In this document: in pieces, positions 54,739 through 64,000 of the stretch
Layout of the letters: each line of letters starts with the position of its first letter
Position numbering within the stretch: the stretch's first letter is position 1
From: Rhodospirillales bacterium
GTDB taxonomy: Bacteria > Pseudomonadota > Alphaproteobacteria > Bin95
Direction of reading: 5' to 3'
Assembly (NCBI GenBank): GCA_038143065.1
Contig: JAYQLI010000035.1
Span: 544,001 to 608,000 of the forward strand
Length of the DNA: 64,000 nucleotides
The notes under the pieces: model-generated
The model's input: the letters and a program-made list of their open reading frames with translations, nothing else
Told to the model about the DNA's origin: nothing
Database searches by the model: none
Position numbers and translations under genes: made by a program

Positions 54739-55761
54739 TCAGGTTGGGTCAGGCGCAATACGGACAAGGAGTTTTCCAAAATTGTCACCTTGAAATAACT
54801 TAACGAAACCAGCAGGTGCGTTTTCCAGACCGTTTATCCAATCTTCTTTATATTTAATACGACCATCATCAATCCATTTCGCCATATGCCTTAAAGCATC
54901 TGGCCATAGATGATGAAAATCATAAACTAAAAAGCCCTGCATTCTTGCTCGCATTGGAATAAAAAAGCGAGTATTTCTAGGAACTAGTTCTGGTTCGGAT
55001 AAATTGTATTCAGCAATTCCACCACACACAGCAATTCTTGCTCCAACTGCTAGGTTTCGTGTGATTGCATCGAAAATATTACCGCCAACATTTTCGAAAT
55101 AAACATTGATCCCGGTTGGAGCCTTATCTTTAAGCGCAATATCTAGATCTTCGGTTTTATAATTTATACAGGCATCAAACCCCAAATCATCCACGACATA
55201 ATGGCATTTAGCTTCCGATCCTGCGATGCCAATCACACGGCAACCCATTATTTTTGCAATCTGCCCTACGATTGCACCCACCGCGCCAGAGGCAGCAGAT
55301 ACAACCACAGTCTCGCCAGGCTTTGGTTCGCCAACATGCAGTAATCCAAAATAGGCTGTCATCCCTGGCATACCAAGCACACCGTTTGCAGTAGATATAG
55401 GTGCTAGAGCCCGATCAATTTTTCTAAGACGTTGTAGAGGAGGAGTTGAGTATTCCTGCCACCCTAATGTTCCCTCAACTATGTCTCCAACCTTGAAGTC
55501 CGGATGCAGTGATACCGCCACCTCACCTACCCCACCGGCAGTCATTACTTCGCCAATCAGAATGTTTGGGGCATAAGTAGCGACGGAATTCATCCGACCC
55601 CTCATGTAAGGATCCAAAGACATAATTATTTGCCGAACTAAGACTTGCCCTGGTCTAGGCTCAGGTATTGAAACTTCTTCCAATCTGAAATTATCAGCGG
55701 ACACCATCCCATTTGGCCTATTGGCTAAAACTACGCGGCGATGGGTCTTAGGCAAGGTCAT
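54739..55761 (-). CDS. NADP-dependent oxidoreductase (CurA/PTGR family)
   Basis: SLDPYMRGRM, GMPGMTAYFG, SAASGAVG, YFENVGG, GDNFGK. Confidence 0.93.
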   Translation of the reverse strand: MTLPKTHRRVVLANRPNGMVSADNFRLEEVSIPEPRPGQVLVRQIIMSLDPYMRGRMNSVATYAPNILIGEVMTAGGVGEVAVSLHPDFKVGDIVEGTLGWQEYSTPPLQRLRKIDRALAPISTANGVLGMPGMTAYFGLLHVGEPKPGETVVVSAASGAVGAIVGQIAKIMGCRVIGIAGSEAKCHYVVDDLGFDACINYKTEDLDIALKDKAPTGINVYFENVGGNIFDAITRNLAVGARIAVCGGIAEYNLSEPELVPRNTRFFIPMRARMQGFLVYDFHHLWPDALRHMAKWIDDGRIKYKEDWINGLENAPAGFVKLFQGDNFGKLLVRIAPDPT

Positions 55762-55768
55762 AAACGTC

Positions 55769-56647
55769 TTATCCCTTTAAACCTGCAATTTTGGCAAATT
55801 TTTCTAGTTCAGTCAGATGCGACTTTGGGTCTGGTAAGTCTGAATCAATTGTTCTGAAACTAGCATGTGTCATGCCCAGCTCTTGCCAATTTTTAAGATC
55901 CGATTCCCAAGCCGCATCGCCTCTATTCCAGTGATGGATTGTAGCGTTAAGGCCATATGTTTCGGAGTCACGACCAAACTCGGCCTGCCATTGTGAAATC
56001 CGTTCAAGCAAACGTCGGGTCTCATCATTTGGTTCAGATCTAGGATTTAAAGAATAGCCATCGCCAAGGCGCACAGCGCGGCGAACAGCATTTTCTTCAA
56101 AAGCACCTATCCATATTGGAATTGGTTGTTGAACTGGTTTTGGATTGATCCCCATGTCATTGATGTCATGAAAGTCACCCTTGAAAGTGATGGCTTCTTC
56201 TGTCCAAAGGCGCCGCATTACCTCAATTTGTTCCTCAAAACGACGCGCCCGCGTACCATAGTGCATTCCTAAACCTTGGTACTCTTCAGGACTCCAACCA
56301 ATTCCGCACCCTAGGCGTAAACGCCCTCCAGATAATTTGTCTACTTCAGCAGCCTGCTTAGCAACCAGAGTTGCCTGACGTTGAGGCAATACGAGTACAG
56401 CGGAAGCAAAGGTAATTTTAGTTGTCAGTGCTGCCGCATATGAGAATAGTGTTAATGGTTCATGAAAAGAACGATCCACAGTGTAATAATGGGCCCAAGG
56501 TGCTCCCTTGGATTCACGATTACAAAGCACGTGGTCAATACAAAGGACGTGATCGTAGCCTAGGCCTTCTGCTGTTTGAAAAAAGTCTTTGACCATCGAC
56601 ATATCATCGCCGATTTCAGAGTGAGGGAAGACACATCCTATTTTCAT
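55769..56647 (-). CDS. LLM-class, F420-dependent-type oxidoreductase
   Basis: MKIGCVFP, DHV, HEPL, VLVLPQRQ..LVAKQAAEVD.LSGGRLRLG.GIGW, GDG. Confidence 0.85.
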   Translation of the reverse strand: MKIGCVFPHSEIGDDMSMVKDFFQTAEGLGYDHVLCIDHVLCNRESKGAPWAHYYTVDRSFHEPLTLFSYAAALTTKITFASAVLVLPQRQATLVAKQAAEVDKLSGGRLRLGCGIGWSPEEYQGLGMHYGTRARRFEEQIEVMRRLWTEEAITFKGDFHDINDMGINPKPVQQPIPIWIGAFEENAVRRAVRLGDGYSLNPRSEPNDETRRLLERISQWQAEFGRDSETYGLNATIHHWNRGDAAWESDLKNWQELGMTHASFRTIDSDLPDPKSHLTELEKFAKIAGLKG

Positions 56648-56733
56648 AAGTTACAATTCCTTTTTGAGCTCTAATAGACAGCTAGCTAAAAGATTAAAAC
56701 TTAGCCTAATTAAGCTAGTATTTTTTAGGAACT

Positions 56734-57386
56734 TTAATTTTGCGTTTGTTGCCATCCATCTGGATCGGCAAGGAACGCCTTAACTTCCTTAACTACATCA
56801 GCAGAAAAATATCCATCGGACTCAGCCACCCTTATAATGTCTGACCAAGTGGCAAGTTCATGCAGATCAACCCCAAGCTCTTTGAGGCTAGTGCGGCTTG
56901 CGGAAAGATACCATAATGAAAGACTACAAACGTGTGTTGCACACTTGCGCCAGCAGTTTTCAAGGCGTTGATAAAGTTAATTTTACTTCCTCCATCTGTG
57001 GCAAGGTCTTCAACAAGAACCACACGCTGTCCTTCAGAGAGTACTCCCTCTATTTGAGCCATTCGGCCAAAACCTTTGGGTTGCTTTCTTACATAAAGCA
57101 TGGGCAATCCCATTCGTTCAGCTATCCAGGCTGCAAAAGGGATGCCGGCAGTCTCACCTCCAGCAATCGCATCGATACTTTCATAACCAGCGGCTCGCTC
57201 GATAGATTGGACTGCCAAATCCATCAAACGTGATCTTGCACGAGGAAAGGAAATTAATTTTCGGATATCCACGTAAACAGGGCTTTTACGTCCCGATGTA
57301 AAAACGAATGGATCTTTTCCGTCATACGCATACGCGGCTTTTATCTCGAGCAATATGCGGGCGGCTTCATCTGCAACGGCTGTCAT
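56734..57386 (-). CDS. pyrE: Orotate phosphoribosyltransferase (frameshift near 56890)
   Basis: [41 protein letters not shown]. Confidence 0.95.
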
Positions 57387-57472
57387 GGAGTGGCGATTTC
57401 CTTAATGGCACTTGGTCTGTATTGTTACGGGCTTATCAGCCCAGATCAGCTGATGTTACCATCGAGATACCA

Positions 57473-58241
57473 ATGTTAGAAACAATTCTTCCGGGTTTAA
57501 CACCTGGTGCAATAACTTATATCGCAATTTGCGCATTTCTTTCCGCAGTATTTCATAGTGTGAGCGGTTATGCCGGAGGCTTAATACTCGCAATTTGTCT
57601 TGCTCCTGTTATTGGCGTGAAGGCAACTGTACCAGTCTTGGCTATGTCTCTACTGGTTTCTCATACAAGTCGTGCATGGGCATTCCGTGGTGGTTTTCAA
57701 TGGCCTCTTTATCGTGATGTTATGATTACAGCCCTTCCTGGAATCATCCTGGGAGCCTCTATCTACAGTCTCCTTCCAATTGAATGGATCGCCGTAGTCC
57801 TGGGGTGTTTTCTACTTGCCGCCGCACCTCTCCGTCGCTTGATGCAAAGAATGGACGTAAAGGTGGGGCGCAAAGCACTTATGGGCGCAGGTGTCCTTTG
57901 GAATTCTTTCTGGCTCGGCCATTGGTGCAGGTATGATACTTGCGCCATTTTTTCTCGCCGCAGGGCTCGCAGGCGAAGCTTTGCTTGGTACCATGGCTGC
58001 CATCGCATTCACCGTTAATGTGATGAAAACAGTGGTATTCAGCAGTTTTTCCGTTCTAACCTTAAACTTAGCATTGGTGGGAGTTGCCGTTGGTGCATGT
58101 ACCGTTCCAGGCAATCTTCTTGGACGTTGGATCGTTAGACATACCCCTATACGAGTTCATGTCTCATTAGTGGAGGCCGTTGTAGCGATTGGCGGCTTAT
58201 ATTTTCTGTGGCTTGCAGCCCAAAAATTTGGGTTTGTGTAG
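57473..58241 (+). CDS. TauE/SafE (TSUP) family membrane transporter (frameshift near 57900)
   Basis: SVSGYAGGL, PGIILGA, GILSGSAIGAG; about 8 TM across two ORFs. Confidence 0.85.
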
Positions 58242-58437
58242 TCAAAGCGTTTCAATTTTAAAACGCTGGTCATGAGGTAAAGTTTATTTTGAAATGGACG
58301 TTTGATGTCTCTCTAACGTGAAAAGATCGGGATAAAGTGTCAAATTTTGAGGAAATTTAACCATTTGCGACATTCAAACCTCTTCGATTAACATTCAACA
58401 ATTAGAAAGCTTATGATTCTAAAGGACCAAATCTGAT

Positions 58438-60122
58438 ATGACCCAGTCTGTTTCTCGCCTGATAACTGAAAGCCTAGAAGCTCATGACGTTGACCAGGTT
58501 TTCTGTGTTCCAGGCGAAAGCTATATCGGTCTTACCTCAACAATGGTTGAGAGAAATTCCGTTCGCGTAATTGTTTGCCGACACGAAGCTGGAGCTGGTT
58601 TTATGGCTGCCGCTGACGGTCGCCTTCGCAACAGAGCTGGCGTCTGTATGGTTTCGCGTGGACCAGGGCTTTCGAATGGAATTGTAGCACTTCATTCTGC
58701 ATTTCACGATGCTACGCCATTGGTAATGCTAATTGGGCAGGTTGAGCGCAAAGATTTCGGTAGAATGGCGCTTCAAGAACAAAATTATTCAGTGTTGCTT
58801 GCTGATATTACAAAGCAGGTTATTGAGGTGAATGAGGCGGACACAGCCTCAGAAGCGATTTCTCGTGCGTTTCATATCGCAGAAAGTGGGACCCCCGGAC
58901 CCGTTGCAGTTATTTTACCAGAAGACATATTCGATGATGAGACTGCAGCCCCTGTTGATGCACCCAGACCTCAGGTTAAAGCGGCTCCGGCTGCTGATGA
59001 TTTAGCATTATTGGCTGATATGCTTAGGAAGGCAGAACGCCCATTAGTCCTTGTCGGTGGTGCTTTGATGGCCGATGCCGTTCGGGACCCAAACACTTTT
59101 TCCGATTTAAATAGGCTAGCTGAAGAATGGGTCTTGCCCATTTCGCCAACTCACCGTCGGCCTCAATTATTTGATGCCCATCACCCAAATTATGGGGGTT
59201 ACATGGGTATTCGTGTTCCGCCTGACCTCATCAATGAAATGAAAAAGCCGACTTAATGATAGCGCTTGGCGAGCGCATGACTGATACCGTCAGCCAATCA
59301 TATAGTTTTCCAACAGCGCCCCAACCTCAGCTGCCACTTGTTCATGTTTGGCCAGATGCCGATGAGGTTGGTCGTGTATTTCGACCCGATTTAGGGATCC
59401 CCGCCAGTCCTCATGAAACCATTAAATCATTACTCGCTCTTGGAACACCTGAGGATGCTTCAAAACGAAAGGATTGGGTCGAGGGTTTAAACACTATTCA
59501 TACTCGTTTGCTTGCTAAAGAATGGAATCCAACTCCCGACGGTGTAAATTTTGCTGCTGTAGTTTGTGAGATAGATAAACACCTTGCTGACGATGCCACA
59601 GTTACATCGGACGCTGGTAACTTCGGAAGCTTCCTTCATCGTTACATAGGTTTTCGACAAGGTCAGGTCTTTTTATCATCCGTGGTTGGAGCCATGGGAT
59701 CAGGAATGCCAATGGCTGTAGCGGCCTGTCTGCGAAGGCCAAATACTCAAGTGGTTGCTTTCATGGGCGATGGTGGTGCCTTGATGATGGGCAATGAGAT
59801 TGCCACCGCGGTTCAATACGGAGTTGCTCCAATTATGGTGATATCAGACAACTCAATGTACGGCACAATTGGAATGCATTCATATGTTAGATATCCAGAT
59901 CGTCCAATTATGGATGGTACACGTCTGACCAACCCGGACTTTGCAGAGTGGGGAAGAACCTTTGGAGCCGTTGGTATAACCATCAACGAAGAATCAGAAG
60001 TACAAGCTAAAGTTGCTGAAGCATTCGCAGTAAAAACCCGCCCAGTCGTCTTGCACTGTAAAACATCAGCTCTGCAAATGAGCGCGTGGCGCACGTATGA
60101 CCGTGCGCCATCAATTCCTTAA
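58438..60122 (+). CDS. Thiamine-pyrophosphate-dependent enzyme, acetolactate-synthase-like (frameshift near 59245)
   Basis: FCVPGESY, CRHEAGAG, RGPG, DAGNF, GAMG, GDGG…N (TPP motif). Confidence 0.92.
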
Positions 60123-60134
60123 GGAGTTACTGCC

Positions 60135-61154
60135 TTGGCGCATACAGATAAGTGGCTTTCGTTGCATGAAGAAGAAGTCATAGAACCAGACCTTCCAATT
60201 TGCGATCCTCATCATCATCTTTGGCACGAGCATGGTGGTCGTTTCGTAGAGCCAACCTACCTGTTTGAGCAAATCCATCGGGACGTAAACTCCGGTCATA
60301 ATATTGTTTCCACTGTATTTATTGAATGTGGTGCAATGTTTAAGGGGACAGGACCGGAGCACCTCAAGTGTGTTGGTGAAACCGAGTTCGTGAATGGCAT
60401 AGCTGCCATGAGTGCGTCGGGACGATACGGGGATTGTAGAATTGCAGCGGGAATTGTCGGAACTGCTCCCTTCTTATTAGGAGGGAAGTTAACGGCAGAA
60501 GCTTTAGATGCACAAATCAATGCTGGAGGTGGACGTTTTAGAGGAATACGCCTTGGCGCAACCTGGGATGCTAGCAACGATGTTCCAAATGCTAGGATAA
60601 ACCCTCCAGCAGATATGTATTCCACAAGTAAGTTTCGTGAAGCCTTTAGAGAACTGGCTCCAAGAGGACTATCCTTTGAAGGCTGGTGCTATCACCCTCA
60701 GATCCCTGAATTGACCGCTTTAGCAGATGCGTTTCCTGATGTGACGATCATCCTTGACCACTTTGGTGGCCCCCTAGGAATAGGGCCTTACGCAGGTAAA
60801 GAAGATGAAGTCTTTAGCAATTGGAAAATTAGTATCACTGAGTTAGCAAAGCGCCCCAACGTTATGGCTAAGCTTGGAGGATTAGTTATGGAGGTCAATG
60901 GCTTTGGTTGGGAGCGAGAGCCAAAACCTCCGTCAAGCCAGCAACTAATGGAACGAACACGCCGTTATTATGAAACCACAATAGGTTTATTCGGCGTAGA
61001 ACGGTGTATGTTTGAAAGTAATTTTCCCGTGGACATGATAGCGGGAACTTACCGAACACTCTGGAATAGCTTTAAAAGATTAACAGCTGATTATTCCGGG
61101 GATGAAAAAGCCGCCCTATTCCATGACACCGCAACGAGAGTCTACAGGATTTGA
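60135..61154 (+). CDS. Amidohydrolase family (lactonase-like)
   Basis: DPHHHLW, FRGIR, LDHFG, KLGG, MFESNFPVD. Confidence 0.9.
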   Translation: MAHTDKWLSLHEEEVIEPDLPICDPHHHLWHEHGGRFVEPTYLFEQIHRDVNSGHNIVSTVFIECGAMFKGTGPEHLKCVGETEFVNGIAAMSASGRYGDCRIAAGIVGTAPFLLGGKLTAEALDAQINAGGGRFRGIRLGATWDASNDVPNARINPPADMYSTSKFREAFRELAPRGLSFEGWCYHPQIPELTALADAFPDVTIILDHFGGPLGIGPYAGKEDEVFSNWKISITELAKRPNVMAKLGGLVMEVNGFGWEREPKPPSSQQLMERTRRYYETTIGLFGVERCMFESNFPVDMIAGTYRTLWNSFKRLTADYSGDEKAALFHDTATRVYRI

Positions 61155-61729
61155 TTACTATTATTATGCATTGTAGTTGCGACCCGGTTCATAAAATTTG
61201 AGTTGTCACCTTTGCATAATAAGTCAGAATTGTCCGCGATCGCTGTGAGTAATGGGTCTAACCAAGCGCCATCTTTTTTTGAGAAGTTACCCAACACATG
61301 ACCTGTAACTCTCTCAGGTCTCCCAGGATGCCCAATACCTATACGAACCCGCCAAAAGTCGGCCCCGCAGTGCTGAACCAGGGAACGGATACCGTTGTGT
61401 CCTGCTGCTCCTCCCCCTTTCCGTACTCTTAACTTTCCAGGATCAAGGTCTAGCTCGTCGTATAGTACGACCATCTGATCGGCACGGAGTTTGTAAAAAT
61501 TCATAGCTTCGCGAGCTGAATGCCCACTTTTATTCATAAATGTCTGTGGCTTGAGTAAGAGAGTACGCACCCCGCCAATACGAGCCTCCGCAACTAGGCC
61601 CTGAAACCGACTGCGGAACGAGCTTGCACTCGCCCGCTCCGCAATACGATCAAGCGCCATAAACCCTATATTATGACGATGACCCGCATATTCCTGCCCA
61701 GGGTTACCAAGCCCAACGAATGTGATCAT
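61142..61729 (-). CDS. pth: Peptidyl-tRNA hydrolase
   Basis: GLGNPG, RHNIGF, KPQTFMN, GHNG, RIGIG. Confidence 0.98.
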   Translation of the reverse strand: MITFVGLGNPGQEYAGHRHNIGFMALDRIAERASASSFRSRFQGLVAEARIGGVRTLLLKPQTFMNKSGHSAREAMNFYKLRADQMVVLYDELDLDPGKLRVRKGGGAAGHNGIRSLVQHCGADFWRVRIGIGHPGRPERVTGHVLGNFSKKDGAWLDPLLTAIADNSDLLCKGDNSNFMNRVATTMHNNSNQIL

Positions 61730-61764
61730 TCGTGCGGCACCACAAAATCAGGAATTTATAGCGA

Positions 61765-62415
61765 CTACTCATCAGAAGCTGATTCGTCAGCATCCTCTGT
61801 TTCCTCTTCAGAACCAGCAGCTGCCGTTTCCTCAGCTGTTTCAACTACCTTAGTTGGAGCAGCAATGGTTGCTATGGTGAAGTCGCGATCGGTGATTGTT
61901 ACTTCTACGCCTTTTGGCAGGCTTACCGAGCTAATATGAACAGAGTCACCAACCTGGAAACCAGTCAGGTCAACCTCAATTTGCTCAGGTATTGCGTCTG
62001 GACGACAGGACACTTCAATGTCGTACCGGACAACATTCAAAATCCCACCTTCACGCAATCCAGGGCATTCATCTTCGTTAATGAACGATGCAGGGACAGA
62101 TACTGTGATAGTTGCATTTGCTGCAACTCGCAGGAAATCAACATGCATTGCTCTATCGGTAACTGGATGCACTTGCAGGTCTCTAGCAAGCACATTCATC
62201 TTATCGCCTTCAACATCGAGCTGAAATAACTGAGAGAAAAAACCAGATTGTTTTATCAAACGGTTTAACTCAAGCTCCTGAATACCCACCGAAATAGGTT
62301 CAGCTTCTGTCCCGTATACCACTGCAGGGATGATGCCTGCGCGACGTGCAGCTCGCGCAGCACCCTTACCTACGTTTTCACGGCGTGAAACCGAAATTGT
62401 TGTAATATCACTCAT
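61765..62415 (-). CDS. rplY: 50S ribosomal protein L25/Ctc
   Basis: GKGAARAARR, IPAVVYG, HVDF, GLREGG; acidic tail. Confidence 0.97.
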   Translation of the reverse strand: MSDITTISVSRRENVGKGAARAARRAGIIPAVVYGTEAEPISVGIQELELNRLIKQSGFFSQLFQLDVEGDKMNVLARDLQVHPVTDRAMHVDFLRVAANATITVSVPASFINEDECPGLREGGILNVVRYDIEVSCRPDAIPEQIEVDLTGFQVGDSVHISSVSLPKGVEVTITDRDFTIATIAAPTKVVETAEETAAAGSEEETEDADESASDE

Positions 62416-62545
62416 AGTACTTTTCTCCTTGCCTCCACCGGACCGGCCTAACGGTTTCCGACTAACCGCAAGCGCCCGGCGCACGCGTTAAACAAGATCT
62501 CACCAAAAAAAGTCGGCAGGTTAAAATCTCGTAAAGAAATGAGCC

Positions 62546-63479
62546 TTAATCAAATAGGCTCGAAACAGATTCCTCTTCATTAATCCGTTTGACAGCCTCC
62601 CCAAGCAAGGGCGCTATCGACAACTGACGGATATTCCGAGCTTCTCTTACAGCTTCTGTTGCCTGAATGCTATCAGTAATAACTAATTCTTCCATAGGCG
62701 ACGCGGCAACACGAGCTACTGCTCCACCTGAGAGCACTCCATGCGTAACATAGGCTGAAACAGACGCAGCTCCTTTTTCCATAAGGGCAACAGCTGCATT
62801 GCATAGAGTACCAGCTGAATCAACAATATCATCAACTAGTATGCAACGACGTCCTTCGACCTCACCAATAATATTCATAACCTCAGACACACCAGCTTGG
62901 GGCCTACGCTTATCAATAATAGCTAACTCCGCATCCAAACGACTTGCTATTGCACGAGCTCTTACGACGCCGCCGACATCTGGAGATATAATAACAAGAT
63001 CATCCCCGCTGTAGCGTTCTCGTATATCTTGAACAAGGACTGGCCGACCGAAAAGATTATCCGTTGGAATGTCGAAAAAATCCCTGAATTTGGCCTGCAT
63101 GTAAATCAAGGGTAAGCACCCTGTCTGCACCTGCAGTGGTTATCAGGTTGGCTACTAACTTTGCGGATATTGGTGTTCTTGGCCCTGTTTTTCGATCCTG
63201 ACGAGCATAACCAAAATAAGGGATAACGGCAGTAACGCGCCTTGCTGACCCTCTACGCAAGGCGTCTAAGCATACTAGCAACTCCATTAGGTTGTCATTT
63301 GCTGGGAACGATGTGCTCTGTACAAGGAACACATCCTCACCTCTCACGTTTTCCTCTATTTCAACAAAAACCTCCATGTCAGAGAACCGTCGAATAGAAG
63401 CAGCAGTCAACTGTAAATTTAAGTAAGCACTAATTGCCGAGGCAAGCGGACGATTACTATTACCGGCTAGAACCTTCAT
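62546..63479 (-). CDS. prs: Ribose-phosphate pyrophosphokinase (frameshift near 63078)
   Basis: [18 protein letters not shown] / [24 protein letters not shown]. Confidence 0.97.
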
Positions 63480-63606
63480 TTAACCCGCTCCCAAGGCCGC
63501 TATTACCAATAAAACAGAACCGGAAGTTTGCACCCCGGCCGGTATTGAAATTGTTTAACTCCGAGTGAGAGGAGTGTAAACGGTGGCTTCATATCTCAAC
63601 GCCGGG

Positions 63607-63999
63607 TCAGAACGCCGCGCTTTCATCTTGATGTACTTTCACCAGAGCTCGATTATACGCCAGCATGATATCTCGCTCGTGAATAACCCCTAAAATCTTT
63701 TTATTTTCCAAGCTATTAACCACAGCAATATGAGCCTCATCCTGATACTCCATCATCTTCAAGGCGTCCTCTAAATTATTGGATGCCTCAAGCATCGGAG
63801 GATTTAGGCGCACGATATCGCGGGCAACTACAAGTGTATCTAATTCCCGATCAAAGGCCTCTGGCGCGAAATCTGATAAAGTAATTGTCCCAATCAGGTG
63901 ATCTTCGCGATCCACAACAAAAAGTTCACCAAACGCTGCGGCTTGAAGTTTTATCCTTACCTCCGACATAGGGATATCAGGATAAGTTCTAGCAAAATT
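63607..63999 (-). CDS. C-terminal CBS-domain pair, probably of a chloride-channel (ClC) type protein; runs off window end
   Basis: VVDREDHLIGTITLSD, GVIHERDIMLAYNRAL; frame stays open to the window edge. Confidence 0.7.
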   Translation of the reverse strand, partial: NFARTYPDIPMSEVRIKLQAAAFGELFVVDREDHLIGTITLSDFAPEAFDRELDTLVVARDIVRLNPPMLEASNNLEDALKMMEYQDEAHIAVVNSLENKKILGVIHERDIMLAYNRALVKVHQDESAAF

Positions 64000-64000
64000 T

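Overview
Chromosomal window of an alphaproteobacterium (gene order and proteins resemble Rhodospirillales-type marine lineages; inferred). Conserved housekeeping blocks: metK-trmB, a complete ccmABCDEFGHI operon, rpoH-rluD, tRNA-Ser / mltB-rlpA-dacA-tmk-holB-metG-tatD-MBL hydrolase, holC-pepA / surA-pdxA-rsmA, selA-selB, pyrE and pth-rplY-prs. Between them lie many small catabolic modules: TRAP transporter, crotonases, SDRs, luciferase-like monooxygenases, flavoproteins, an EctD-like dioxygenase operon and a BadI/AliA-like pair. About 20 genes carry single-base indels or stops, many at homopolymers and several in essential genes, which points to an unpolished long-read assembly rather than real pseudogenisation. 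Most notable observations: (1) a 28-bp XerCD dif site inside the last codons of the MBL hydrolase gene (39617-39644), with KOPS octamers changing polarity across it, so the window very probably contains the replication terminus; (2) lptF-lptG-lptD are missing from their usual place between pepA and surA; (3) a gntR / EctD-like dioxygenase / SAF-domain oxidoreductase operon with a triple GAATTC candidate operator; (4) a tightly coupled LLM monooxygenase / epimerase / small membrane protein / flavoprotein / barrel-protein operon of unknown function. I saw no CRISPR array, integrase, transposase or rRNA.
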